DNA of 64,000 nucleotides from the human T2T-CHM13v2.0 reference genome, Homo sapiens. The position numbers and the translations under genes are program-made. Below the pieces are notes generated by a model. That model made no database searches. It was not told where the DNA came from and was given only the letters and a program-made list of their open reading frames with translations. This document shows, in pieces, positions 27,901 to 42,717 of the stretch (position 1 is the stretch's first letter; the number at the start of each line of letters is the position of its first letter). The stretch lies in assembly GCF_009914755.1 (NCBI RefSeq), contig NC_060933.1; one strand, given 5' to 3'.

Positions 27901-30900
27901 CAATTGTTAATCGTTCTAATTGTTAGAACAATTGTTAATCGTTCTAACAATCTTAATTCTTCTAATGATCTATTTTATTTCTATTTTCAAATAACCAAAT
28001 TTTGTTTCATTAAACTTTTGTATTTTTATTTCAATTTCATTTAGTTCTGCTGTAATCTTTCTTTTCTTCTCCTGGCTTTAAGTTTGATTTGTTGTTTCTA
28101 TAGTTTCTTGAGGTATGACATTATGTTGCGAATTTGTAATCTTTCAGACTTTTTTACGTAGGTGTTCAGTGCTAGAAACTTTCCTTTTAGCATTGCTTTT
28201 GCTATGTCCCAGAGGTTTTGATAACTTGTGTCACTATAATCATCCATTTAAAGAATTTTTTAATTTCTTTCTTCATTTCATTGTTAACCCAGTAATCATT
28301 AAGAAGCAGATTGTTCAATTTCCAGGTAATTGTATAGTTTTAAGGGTTCCTTTTGGAGCTCATTTCTAGTTTTATTTCACTGTGACCTGAGAAGATACTT
28401 TATATAATTTTGACTTTTTAAAATTTATTGAGATTTGTTTTTGTGGCCTATCCTATGGTCTGTCTTGGAGGCTGTTCTATGTGTTGATGAGAAGAATGTG
28501 AATTCTGCGGTTTTTGGGTACAATGTTCTGTAAACGTCTGTTAGGTCCATTTCTTCTGGACTGCAACTTAAGTCCAGTGTTTTTTTGTTTTTGTTGTTGT
28601 TGACTTCCTGCTTCAGTGATCTGTCTAGTGCTGTCAGTGGAGTGTTAGAGTTCCTCACTATTATTGTGTTGCTGTCTATTCCTTTTCTTAGGTCTAGTAG
28701 TAATTGTTTTATAAATGTAGGAGCTCCAGTGTTATGTGCATACTTATGTAGAATTATTATATTTTGTTGAATTAATTATTTAATTATTATGTAATGACTT
28801 TCTTTGGTTTTTTTTTTACTATTGTTGCTTTAAAGTCTACTTTATCTGATATAACTACACCTGCTTGCTTTTGGTTTCCATTTGCATTGAATATCTTTCT
28901 CCACCCCCTTACCTTGAGTCTATGAGAATCTTTGTATGTTAGGTTCTGATGCAGCTCAACATTTTGTTTCAAGATTTAGCATTTCTTGTAGGACTGGTCT
29001 GATAGGGACAGATTCCCTCAGCATTTGCTTGTCTGAGGAAGACATTATTTCTCTTTCATTTATGAGACTCAGTTTTGCTGGATACAAAATTTTTGACTAA
29101 TAGTTATTTTGTCTAAGGATATTAAAGATAAGCCTAAAGATACAGTGAACTTCTGGCCTGTAAGATTTCTGCTGAGAAGTCTGCTGTTAGTCTAATAGGT
29201 TTTCCTTTATAGGTTACTTGTTGCTTTTGTCTCACTGTTCTTAGAATTCATTTCTTCATGTTGACTTTAGATAGCTTGATTACTATATGGCTTTGTAATG
29301 TCAGTTTTGCAGTGAACCTCCCCAGAGCTCATTGAGTTTCTTGTATTTGGACATCTAAATATCTAGCAAGGCTAGCAAAGTTTTCTTCAATTATGCCCTC
29401 AAATAAGTATTCAAAAAGTTTTGCTGTTTCTTCTCCCTTAGGAACAGCAATTGCTATATTTGGCCATTTTACATAGTCACCTATTTCTAAGAGACTTTGC
29501 TTATTTCTTTGAATTCTTTTTCTGGCATTTCAAAGATTTCATCTTGGTTGGGATCCATTGCTGGGGACTTAGTGTGTTCTTTTTGAGGTGTTATAGAACC
29601 CTATTTTGTCCTATTGCCGGAATTATTTTTCTGGTTTCTTCTCATTTGGATAGAGTATATCTTCTAATTACTTTTGAGACTATATCTTCTAATTATTTTT
29701 GAATTTATTTTTTGATTTGACTGTGATTTTTCACTTTTTTTTTTTCACTTTGAGGATGTGACTTTAATGTTTATAGTTTATTGTAACCTAATTCAGCTCT
29801 GGGTGCTTTCAGGGGTGAAGACTGTATAAGTTCCCTGGTTATTTAAAATCTTTGTATGTTGGCTTTCTCAGATGCTAGTTGTGGTAACATTATGCTCAGT
29901 GTGTGTGTGGAGGTTCACTGTTTCCTGTGGGGTAGCAATGGCAGAGGTCTCATGAAGCTTATCTAGTTCCCAAGTGGTGTGCACTTTTTTGCCTTTTTTT
30001 TTCTCCCAGTGTTTTCTTTACCTGGTTGAATAATTCAGATTTCAGGCCAGTAGGGGAGGTGTCCCTGAGTGAAAACCAGCAGATTGGTAAATGCAATACC
30101 CAATGGTGGGAAGAAGCCCAAGCCTTGACCGAGGCATCTGTGGGAGCTCTTAGTGAAATGCACTGAGGTCTTTTCACGGGGAAGGGAGGGAGCCACTTCA
30201 GCTCCCTTGCCAGGCCCCCAGGAAAGCAGGTCACACTCCTAAATACAGTTCTAGCTATTCAGATTAGCAGGCCCTTTTTATTTGCAGGAATTCTCATGTT
30301 CCAAGTAGAGAGAGATTGTGATTCTATGCCTTATGCAAATCTGAATCTGGAGGGGACTCCTCCTCTGGGGATGCAGTTAACTTGAAGTGTTCCAGAAAGG
30401 CTATCTACAGGTCCACTCATGCTAAATTCCCATAAGAGAAGCACCAGCTGTGTCTGCAGTGGTGAATGAGGGGGGAAATCTTTTTCTTCAAGACCGTTCT
30501 GTAGATTTTCCCAAGTCCAGCACTGTACCTGTGCCTCTACTGAAAGAAACTTTCCACAGGTGGGAAGTTCTGGACTCAAGTCCTGCCATCTAGATTCTTT
30601 TTTCCATGGGGTGTGCCACTGATGTGCACTCCCCCTTATCCTAAGAGTAGGAGTCCCTGAGGGCCAGACTAGTATGAATGCTGCTACTTCTCTGGCTCTA
30701 GCCACCTAGTGGGACTGCCACACTCCAGGTTGGTGCTGGGGAATGTCTACAAGGGGTCCAGTGATGTGACCTGTTCTCAAGACTCTGTAGTGAGTAGCAA
30801 CAACAGCTCTCATGGGGGTGACAGGAGAATGACATAGACTCTGTGAGATTTCTTGATTATAAGTAGTCTTGGTGCATTGGTTTTTCTGTAATGCCACCTG

Positions 30901-32192
30901 TAGTAGTGATGAACTGGTCGCATGGACAGACTCAGGACCTCCTAGTAAGCCAAGGTTATATAGGCAAAGGTGACAGCTTAGGTCACACACAAGTTTTCTC
31001 TTTCCTGTGCACTGTTAGTGTGCCTGCAGATGCTGTAATGGATTGTGTCAGTAGGCCTCCAGCCACAAAGTGGCACTTGAAAAAGAGCACCAGCTGGTAG
31101 CAGTGGGATTTGTGCTTGCCTTATGTTACGCAGGGGAGGTAAGCTGATGACTCAGGCAATGGGCAGGGCCATTGAGCTCTCAAAATTTTCTATTCTTTGT
31201 GTTAAGCTACCAGGGCAGATGGAGGGGCAAAGCCAGCTGGGGGCTGAATCAGGCAAGTTCACATTCTAGCTCTCTTTTGTCTGCCATGTGTGGGCAAAAG
31301 CACTGTCCCCAGTGGGGATCAGATAGTGGTCCTCTGGCTGTAGGAGTAATGTTGCAGGGAGTACCACAGCTGCCTCTGCTGCAGAGAAGCATCTGTATGA
31401 GGAATAGGGAGCAGCAGGCAGCAGTTAGCCCCACTCAGCTCCCACACACTTGGCAAAGCAGGTCTTGCACCTGCAGTGTCCCACTCGCAGCAGCTTGGTT
31501 CCAAGCAGTCAACACTCAGAACTCAACACTGCCCAAGGGCATAAGACTTCCCAGAAGAGACTGCAACCATGGCTTCCAGGTCACGCCTCTCCTAGTTGGC
31601 CCATGAAGCAGGGGCACCCAGCTCTTGCACCTATGGCTGCAGCACATTTCCCATCTGCCCCATGGTTCTGACCAAGGGGGTTTGTCTCCACTCGAGATTA
31701 TATCACGAATCTCAGTTGAGAGCTTCTCTCAACCTGTGACCACTGCCTGAGTTACCTGGCTGACTTCTGTGAGGTCCCCTGTGAGATAGGATCAGGGATG
31801 GCTTTCCTCTGTCCTGCTGGGCATGCACACTAAGCCCGTCCCCATGCTGCTACTTCTCATATATGCCCCACTGCTCACTAAATCAGCTCCAGCGCTGGGT
31901 GGGATTAAGGCCTTTCCCTGTGGCCTGGATTGCTTGGTTCCCCAGTAGGAGTATATGTCCTAGAGGCAGTTTATCCCTATCTGACATTCTAGGGACTTAA
32001 AGTTTTCCTCCTGGCTCATGATTTTAGACAGCAACCTGACACTTCTTTCAAAAAGTCTGTGCTTTCTTTCAGTTTTCCTGTTAATTTTCTGTGTTGCTTC
32101 TTGGAAAAAATTTACAGTGTGAATCTCCACACACAATTCTGTCTTTCCAAATAGGAGAGGCATGCTAACAATGACTCTAATCTGCCATTTTG
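24940..32192 (-). mobile_element. Near-full-length L1PB (inactive)
   Basis: L1PB-type 3' end at ~24970-25250. ORF2 remnants: endonuclease KDSHRLKVRGWRKIF...SDKVDFK (28787-28972) and NTPLTALDRS...DVYRTLYPK...SKTDH (28425-28658), plus FMTKTPKVNATKAKI (25890-26138). ORF1 remnant ~28960-29560, GC-richer 5' UTR to 32192 starting CAAAATGGCAGA on -. Confidence 0.93.
27833..27944. repeat. Perfect 28-bp minisatellite x4 (TAATTGTTAGAACAATTGTTAATCGTTC)
   Basis: AGAAC recurs at 27841, 27869, 27897 and 27925; the copies are identical. Confidence 0.97.
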
Positions 32193-34999
32193 AGAAAAAA
32201 AATACTGGAGGTCTTTATTATTTTTTTAATACTATAGCCCATTCTGAGTTTTCATTACAACCTCCACTCTAGTATTGTATCTACTTTTCACAAACCCTTA
32301 TCTTTGGTAGCTGGATTTAATTCATTAATTTTAAAATTTTGATAAAAATTATGACATAATTATATTATTATGTATTTTCATTTGATTAGGTTTATGAAAC
32401 TGACTAAACTAATAATTATTTGATAATATGATTATATTCTGCCAATTCATTCTACGTGTTCCTTGGATATGTTAATAAACAATAGAAACAAGTCCAACTA
32501 AAAGACATCACTTATTCTGACTCTTGTTTTGAAAAATAAAACCTGACAAATCAAATAAAAGTAAATGAGTTATTATTCAGACATCCACTTATGGTTTGGG
32601 TATATATTTTGACAGTCCATGAGAAAAATTCCTCCAAGGGTCTTCACCTCCAGACATAAAATCACTTTGTTGCTTTTCTAAAAGCTATTTTTAAAAACAC
32701 CAACATCTTTTTAAATTCTCCCATCTATAAGTTGGCAAAAATATCTGTTGAGGTTTGTAAGCAACATTAACATTTTAAATAATAAATGTAATATTTAGGG
32801 ACAATTTAATTTAGTGACTCAAGGCATCTAATATTTGGTATCAGTATACGAATATTAAGAAACATTTAGCCCTTTTATTTATAGTATTTTTTATAGTAAA
32901 ACAATTTCTACTTTCTATTATGCTTCTTGTTCTGTGATAGTTTACTATTTCTGAAACTTTATTTTTTACAAAATTTCAAGTTGAGTCTAAAAAAATTATA
33001 TTTTGTTGTTTTGAAAAATACGTAGCCTAAAACTGTACATGCTAACAGTTGAGTTTTATCAGTGTTATTTTTACTAAACCTAATCACTATAAAATAGCTA
33101 TATCTTGTGTATGTTAAAAATGTGAAATAAGATGAGAATGTATTTGCTATTCTATTAATTAAATTATATGAATTAGTAGCAACTATTAAGATGCTTTGAA
33201 TATTCCCTTAAGTGGATGAGAACATGTGAGCAAGTACTAGCACAGTGGTAGATGCTTTGTAAATTGCTCTTACTTTCCTAATGATTGACAGGCTAATAGC
33301 TAAATAACTAAGATAATATAAGCACTTTCTTAGAATTTAGAGATCCACTTAAAAGACAGGTTTTCATTAGGAATTTCTGTACTTTATTTCACATTTCCAT
33401 AAAAAAATTCCTCATTGCAAGAACCACTGCACCTATTATATGAAAAAACTCAAGAGAAAACAATCAGGTGACCATTACCTCTAAAACACCTGATTTGATT
33501 CAGTTATCCTATAGGAATCAAGTATCAGGCTTTACAAGATCCTCTTTTTTCAATGTTGTTTTACTGCCTAAAACAATGTTTAAGATGACTAATTCACGTT
33601 TCTTTTTGTGACTTATTTTTACTTGATCTAATTTCTAAAGTGATCTTTATGAGGTGTCTTGCCTAAAAATTTGCCTATACTTATAAATGCATTTTCACTT
33701 ACTACAATCTCATTTTTTACTGTACTGTAGATGTACAGTTAGTTGAATGCATACATAATACTTTTGAGAATATATGAGGTTTTACATAAGAAGAATCATA
33801 TTGAAGTGGTTATCTAGCATATCTAAAGAGGAAACAACAGAGAAGCAAGCTGGAAACAATATGTAGACATCAGTAATTATTTTAATTTCACAAGACAAAC
33901 ATTTATCAATCCTGTATTCAAAACCTACATATATGCTACTTAGGATGCAGAAATAGCTATGTACATTCATTGCCACCAAGGCATTTATGATCCAATTGAA
34001 GGGCAAATACAAACACAATGAAGTTTCTTTGTGTAGCAATTACACAAATAAAGCTTCATAAGCTTGCCAAGAAAAGCAAGAACGAAGAAAGGAAAGAAAG
34101 AAGGAAGAAAAACAAATGGCAAAACAGAGCAATATTTAAATGTGGTTATGATTCAGCCAACCATTACATTTAATGATAATGTGCCTGTTTGGGAAATAAA
34201 ATAGAAGAATTAACTGAATGCCAAGGGGAGGGGGAAGGAACAAATGAAAAAATCAAAACAAAATAAAACTGTGAAAGATAATTAATGGGAATAGAAAAAA
34301 TTATGTACAAAAAGCATTTTATTTGGAGAGTAATTTAGATCTTTAGGAATATATTGGCTATATTCAAGTTCCTATACTTAAGTGCTATACAATAATAATT
34401 AAAGGTACCAGATTTAGTAAAGGGATTTTGCACCATGAATTTTTTTTTCCTGTAAAGATACAAATATATCTCCTTAGTAGAACAGATAACCTCACAGATT
34501 TATGACACTGTTATATATCAATCTATATTTATTTATTTAACCAAGCAATCTTAACGTTATTTTGCTAAATTGCTTCTAAATGTCCCAGTTTCTCAGATTC
34601 CCTTTGTGTCATTTAAAACATCTATTTGTTATTTATTAATTCAAGTTAATATCTTTAAAACCTATTCATTTTATATTTGTCTGAAAGCTATGATTTTAAG
34701 CTTCTAAAAATTATATTTTAATAGAAATCAGGGACTAGTTACCTTTAATCTGGGGGAGATACTACATATTTTAAAGCCTGAAGTCAATGTCTAGACAAAA
34801 GTTTCTGCTTAACATCAAAGGGTATGCAACATTGGCTGTGGCTCTCAAATATTAAGAAAGGAAAACACAACTGGGAATTTGTCACTAGCACTTTATTCTT
34901 TACTCAGGATTGAAGTAGAATTTTTTGACGCCAATATTTTTCAGAAACTTTAAACATTAGAAATAAAATAAAAACTAGCCCAATTCCAATATTCCCCAT

Positions 35000-36330
<1,331 letters not shown>

Positions 36331-36459
36331 ACTAATTATTTTCATGTTCCAAAATTTAAAGGTTAATTTTTTATTCTCATTTTATTGATCTATCAGTAGT
36401 CTCTTTTTCTTTAATTAAAAAACAAACAAACAAAAACACATAAACAAACAAACAAAAAA

Positions 36460-37710
36460 ACCCAGCTTTTTTTCTTTGGCTTCCAGAACACGTCCTCTTG
36501 GCTTTCTTCTTATGTCTTTGTATGCTATTTCTTAGTCTTTGGAACACTTCTGTGTCCACCCCCACTCCCTTGATGAGTTCTCACAGAGCCATGGTTTACA
36601 ATATTGTTTATGCTAAGAACTTGCAAATTTGTACCTCTACCTCTTACTTCTCTTCTAAATGCCAGGCTCTTACATCCAACTTCTTATGCTGTCTTCTTTT
36701 GAGAAGCTAATAAACATCTCAACTTTGAAATGCACATTCTCACCTACGACCATTTGCCTCAAAGCAAAAATCTTAGAGTCAATCCTACTTATTTTCTTTG
36801 TCAAGAATTGCACATCCCACCTTTCAGCGAGTCTTTCTGCTTGCTCTACATTCAGAATCTATCCAAAGTTAGTCACTCTCTTAGTCTCTCCCAGAAACAG
36901 ATCCCAGTAAAAACATTCAATCAGAAGTAATTTGGGATGTAGAGAAAAACTATATTCTTTTTCTTCCCTCAGCCTTTTGATGTGTTTATTTCAATGCTAT
37001 TTTTACAATGTTACTTACTGAATACATTAATTAAAATTGTAATCTGCCACTATTACTGTGTATCCTGCCTTACTTTATTTTCTTCACAAAATATATAACT
37101 TTTCAACACCTGTCTATATTTTATTTCTTTTGTGTCATCCTACATCTCACTGTAATCTTTACAAAGGCAAGGATTTTTTTCTTTAATATCCTAAATGTAG
37201 ATGTTTGTCTCTAGTAGATTCAATGGTGCCTCCCAAAATATGATAAATATGCACATATCTTTCCATATGCTAGCCCACAGAAACTGTAGATGTGACCTAA
37301 TTTTTTTGTATATATTAATAAGGATCTTGAGATGACGTCATACTGGATGATCCTAGTGCACCCTAAATCCAATAATTGTTCTTATGAAAGACAGAAGAGG
37401 AGAAGATACAGGAAATAGAAGAAGGCTACTTGAGGATGGAAGCAGAGATTGGAGTTATGCAGCTACAAACCAAAGAATGCCTTGAGCCACCAGCAGCTGA
37501 AAGAGGTAAAGTAGGATCCACCCATAAACACTTGAGAAGGAAAGTGGGCCTATCTATACCTTTATTTCAGATTTCTGCCCTACAGAACTGTAAGAGAATA
37601 TATTTCTTTTGCTTTAAACATTTAGGTTTGTGGTAATTTGTCATAACAGATCCAGCAAACTCATATACTGGCACTGAGCAGATATTCAATAAGAATTGAT
37701 TATGAATTAT
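36460..37710 (+). mobile_element. L2 fragments (split by MLT1)
   Basis: 'ttggcttccagaacacgtcctcttggctttcttcttat' is the L2 RT LGFxDTTLSWFSSY region; L2 3' end 'ttcaataagaattgattatgaat' at ~37690. Confidence 0.65.
37210..37667 (+). mobile_element. MLT1B/C LTR
   Basis: 'ggaagcagagattggagttatgcagctacaaaccaaagaatgcc...cagaactgtaagagaatatatttcttttgctttaa...gtttgtggtaatttgt'. Confidence 0.88.
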
Positions 37711-38049
37711 AGTCATTATGATAGTGCGGCATTGACTCAGAGATGAACAATTTGTTCACTGGACTATAGCAGGAAATTCAAAAATTCATGGTAGACTTTC
37801 GATATTTTACATATGAATTGTCGTATCACCCAGAAAAATGAATAACTATTCATAAAATAGCAGTGATACATTTGATTAACATATAGAAAAATTGTAAATT
37901 GTATTCTATCATCACATTAACTTCAAATGTGAAAGACATCTTGTATCACTTTTAAAGAAAATATAAAATATATTTTATTTAGTAAAATTGAATTTGTAGA
38001 ATGATGACTTTTTTTTTACTTTACTGCTTAATACTTGAGAAATTCTCCT

Positions 38050-38665
38050 CTTTGATGAGGCTATTAGAAAACAGGAACTCTAACAATTATATAGTGGGAA
38101 GATAAATTCATACAACGACTTTGGAAAGCTACTTGACAATGTAAGGATGAAAGTGCCCAAAGTTGTAAAATTTCCCTGCTCTATGTGTATCCTATGAAAA
38201 TTCTAATATATATAAACAACAAAACAATAAGTATTTATTGTAGCTTTGTTTTTAACATTTACAATGGTAAATATAAAAATGCCAATATTTCCTGATATGA
38301 AAATTGATAGCTTTATATTATATATATAATGAAATCCCATATAGAAATTAAACAAAAACAGATACCCAAGTATCAGCTGGAATGGTTCTCAAAAATATCA
38401 TAGTGAGATTATAAAGCATGTGTTGAAATAATACAGAGAAAACAATAACATCTTATTTAAATTTGAAGATACAAACACTACCATATGCGGTATAAAATAT
38501 TCTATACACAGACCTGTACTTAAAAATAGAGAAATATACAAGGGGATGCTAAACAATTTTAGCCTGTAGTTATCCCTTGTAGAATTTCTTATAATCTTGT
38601 TTCTGGTTATGTTGCTGTATCAATTATTTTTCAGTTTTGGGTATGTGTGAAATATTTCATAAAAG
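38050..38665 (+). mobile_element. L1ME-type 3' fragment
   Basis: 'acaggaactct...gtgggaagataaattcatacaacgactttggaaagc' and 'ctcaaaaatatcatagtgag'. Confidence 0.6.
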
Positions 38666-40312
38666 GAAGTTGGACGTTTTAATAATACATTGACTTTAAG
38701 AGGAGGAAGAATAGGTGATTGGGGTATTTTGTTATATACCAACACATGACTGAAATAATCATCTATTCTAATTCTGTTCAGTTCAGTGGAAAGTCTTTGA
38801 AGCTTTTTTAACAGAGTTGCACTTTGTCATATCTTTGAGAACATTGTGTTAGATTAAGTGGAACAGGAATGCTTAGAGGGAAGGAGATTAAAATAATGTG
38901 TTGTATGGATATTTGAGGTGACATACAATAGAACTGGAAAATAAAGAAACTTCATGAAAAATAGTATAAAAAGAGACATAAATGACTTACCAATTGACTG
39001 CTGTGTTTGATAGATGGGAATTGTAGTCGTAACATTGGATGAAATAGGAAAGACAGACTAGTAGAGCTCTTTGGAGGCAAATTCTATAAGTTCTTTTTAC
39101 ATTTTGAGTGAAAGTTTTCACTTTTAAATGAAATGCATATGGATAAAAAATAAAGGTAAATATAGTTATTATGAAATTGTCAAGATAAAATGAGAGTTGA
39201 TGCATAAAAATGAATAGACTGGAAAAAGGGAACTTTTTAAATATAAAAAAAATTGCCTCTTTTCTGACAGTATTCTTTCTTCTTAAACTTCATGATTGTT
39301 CCTGGAAATTAAAGTGAAAAAAAACTATCATAAAACTATGACTCTATCATACTGTAACACTTCAGGGCCCATATTATTATACCTTCTCTGTCCATCTTGC
39401 ATGACTGTTTAAAATGGTTCTGTTTGATACACTGACACTCAATTTCTTTTTATATGGAATGTAATTTGGGAGATTCTCTAAACAATCTGTATAATGGCAG
39501 ACATGGAGTACAACTGAAATTAGAAATATTCTGTTGTAGTTTCCATTCTTTCTTAAAGGTTTTAACATTTTGTTATGAACATGACAAGCCTTATTTTTTT
39601 TTCCACACATAGAAGGAACACGAATTATAAATAGAACAAAACACTGTGAAATACTGCAAATGTGGAATAATTATTTGATCTCATGCACACACCTCGGTAA
39701 TTTAAATTAAATTCTATAAGTAAATGACTAAATATTTTAAAATTAACTACTTTAAATTAAGATGTATTTAGAAATAATTTTAATGTTATTGAAATTTTTT
39801 TAAAAAAACTATTGTAATATAAGAAATCATGACATAATGCAAATACTACATATTTTCAGAAAATTTGGTAATAAATATCATCTCCCAAAAAACCATCTTA
39901 GTCATTGCATAAAATTCTACAAATGATATCTGATTTTAATTTAGAGGAAAGTACATGAACTGAAAGTCCCGACTGAATAAATGCTTAAAAAAGGATGATT
40001 TAAAAAAATTTAAAGGTAACATTTATTAATTAAAATAATTCTGATAGAAAATCCTAACAATGTACATTATTGTCTAGATTTATAATTCCGTAAATTAAAT
40101 ATACATCCCCCTGCAAGTGGCAATGCTTCAAAAATTAATTCTAGTTTACAATTTAGTATAAAATAATGTATTAGAAGTGTCCCTGAAAGATGGAGTTTAA
40201 TGGAGAAAAATGAGGAATATTATGAGTATCAGGACATGGAGAAGAGTAAAAAGTCAATATTGTGGGACAAATTAAATGACATTAAAAAATCACCTTTTTT
40301 CATTTGATATAA

Positions 40313-40895
40313 TGTAATGGTTATAAAATATCTCCTCAGAGTTCTTCAACTGTCATTTCATTGAGATGTGGGGACTGGGGTCTCTGACCTTGAATCTGGG
40401 AGGACTTTTAACTTCTTTGACTAAGAGAATACAAAAAAAAGCAATGCTGTGTAACTTTTGAGACCTGGCCTAAATCGACAATCTGACTTCTGCTCACTTT
40501 TTTTCAGACTCCTCCATCTCAGGAGGGCCCCAGTATTGCCAGGCTGGGAGAAACCCAAACCATGAGGATAGACCACGAATAGGAGTTCTGGTTGACAATC
40601 CCAGTTCATTCCTAGCTTCAAATACACAAGGCCAAGTGCCAGATATGGGCATAAAAAGCAATTTTGGAAGTGGACACTCCAGTCCAAGCTGTCCTAGCCC
40701 TCAGCTATTTGAGTTGCATCCAGACATGTAAATCTTCCCAGCTGAGGCCTCATCATTGAGGTGCAGAAAAGGGGCATGCCCACTGTGCCTGTTTCTAAAT
40801 TCCTGACCCACAGAACCTGTGAACATAATACAAGTTTACTACTTTATACCAGTAAGTTTGGGGTATAGTATTATGCAACAATACAACCTGATGCA
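40313..40895 (+). mobile_element. MLT1G/H-like LTR
   Basis: 'cttcccagctgaggcc...tgcccactgtgcc...aaattcctgacccacagaac...gtaagtttggggt...ttatgcaacaata'. Confidence 0.8.
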
Positions 40896-41474
40896 CAAAA
40901 AATCTCTTCTTTGTTACATAAACTCTATATAAACTGGCATATGCTTAGTTCTTAAACCTCTCTCCAATCTCCTTCTCTTTCCCCATACTCAAACTAATCT
41001 TTTTTTTTCTGCTCCTTCAACAAACCAGCACTTGTATTTACACATTAGATAAATTGCACCATTAACTTAAAAAACAGAATTTCCAAGATTTTTACAAAAC
41101 TGTGTCTTATAGTTTAAAGTATCTCAGCCTTTAAGTATCACTTGTTAGATAACATTTAGTTGCCAATCTTTATAATTGCTTTCTCTTACTCTACTCCTTA
41201 GCTTACAGTCCTTTCTGCCATATTTATCGTATTTGTATAACAGATCAAAATCTGTGGTTATCTATTTATTTACCTAATTTTCAGCTCTCTCCACTTATTA
41301 TCATATAAGTTACAAACATTTCAGGTCATATCTTCAGTTTACCACACTATACCAGTAGCTTAAATATCACATTACCCATACTAGCCACTCAAAAATATTT
41401 ATTATGGAATTAATGGAACTCTAAATTTAATCTGGTCTCCAAACTAAATATATGGCTTAAGTATCAATATAGGT

Positions 41475-41960
41475 TTCAGGTAGATAGGGTTTAGCTATAA
41501 GGAATACAGGGTGCAACTAAAAGCAGTTTTCACAGGCAAGATGTTTACTTACTTCTACAAAAGAAAGTACAAGCCAGGACAGGATAAGAAGAGCAGCCTC
41601 ACAGGGACGCTGAAGATTTGTTATACACATGCAGGGACATTAATAGCATTTCCTTAGAAAGAGGTATGATATAAGATAGCTTGATGCCTGTAGCACCCTG
41701 AGACATGATTGCTCATATTGCAGCCAAGAAAAATAGGAAAGGCTGAAGCAGCAAAGGGCAAAGGGGCAAAAGGCCAAAGCCACGCAGGCCAAGTTTGTGC
41801 TTTTTTAAAGGCTTTCTTAGGAACCTATCTTATGATATCCATTTCAATGTCACAAAATTCACATGGCCACACCAAGAAACATGGATATTTTACTTTCCAA
41901 ATAAAAAACTAGGCAAGAGAAGTTTACATTTGCATAGCCTATCAATAGTGTCTGCCAAGA
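41475..41960 (-). mobile_element. Old MLT1-type LTR fragment
   Basis: Starts 'gatagggtttagctataaggaatacag...ggcaagatgtttacttacttctac', like an antisense old MLT1. Confidence 0.45.
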
Positions 41961-42036
41961 TATTTCCATTTTTTAGTGTATCAGAAAATTGGGCACACAT
42001 GACTAACGTACTTTTTTCATTTTAAATAGAAACAAA

Positions 42037-42116
42037 TGTGTGTGCATATATATATATAAAATATACATATTTATATGTGTGTAAATATATGTGCATGTGT
42101 GTGTGTGTGTGTGTGT
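42037..42116. repeat. Compound (TA)n/(TG)n microsatellite
   Basis: Directly visible. Confidence 0.9.
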
Positions 42117-42214
42117 AAAACCAATCAACTTCTGCTGAAAAACTTCTGTAAAACTCATTTTTTTTTTCCAGTATGTTTCCTCTGAAGACAATCTTCACAT
42201 CTAGGGAATATTAA

Positions 42215-42435
42215 TGGTAATAATAACAGCATTGATTTATTGAGAGTTTTCCTATGTAACAATTACTATACAAGTATGCCATTTAATCTATTTCTCTAGT
42301 TTCAATATTAATATTGGTACTTAATAAACGAGTAAACTGAAAATAATAAGTTTAAAATCTTTTTTCACAGCTAGTCAGCAATACAACTGGGATTTGATAT
42401 CAGATTCATACGATTCCGAAGACCCTGACCACCAA
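42215..42435 (-). mobile_element. MIR
   Basis: 'aataataacagcattgatttattgagag...gtaaactga...cacagctagt...ctgggatttga'. Confidence 0.7.
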
Positions 42436-42717
42436 ATGCAAAAGGTACATGGCAACAGCTGATTGCAATGAGAGAAAAACAACTAATAAGGCAACAAGCA
42501 GGATACTAAGATATTTTCCAAAATGAATAGCACTGATTCTGTGAGGAATGAACATTGCCAAACAAGTGTTTTGTTTTGTTTTTCACCTCCTCTAAAAAAA
42601 TTCACATATATGCATGCCACTTTCCTGAAAAATATCTGCCTCATAATTGCCATAAGAAACGGTATGGACAACTCTTAAACATTCTGAAAGTAGTCAGGGA
42701 TGGGGGAAAGCATTTGC

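Noticed and set aside
27833-27944. CRISPR-like array (28-bp palindromic repeats)
   Set aside because: The repeats are head-to-tail with no spacers, there are no cas genes, and the context is a primate L1.
29959-32163. ORFs up to 144 aa
   Set aside because: They fall in the GC-richer L1PB 5' UTR, have no recognisable domain, and several use non-ATG starts.
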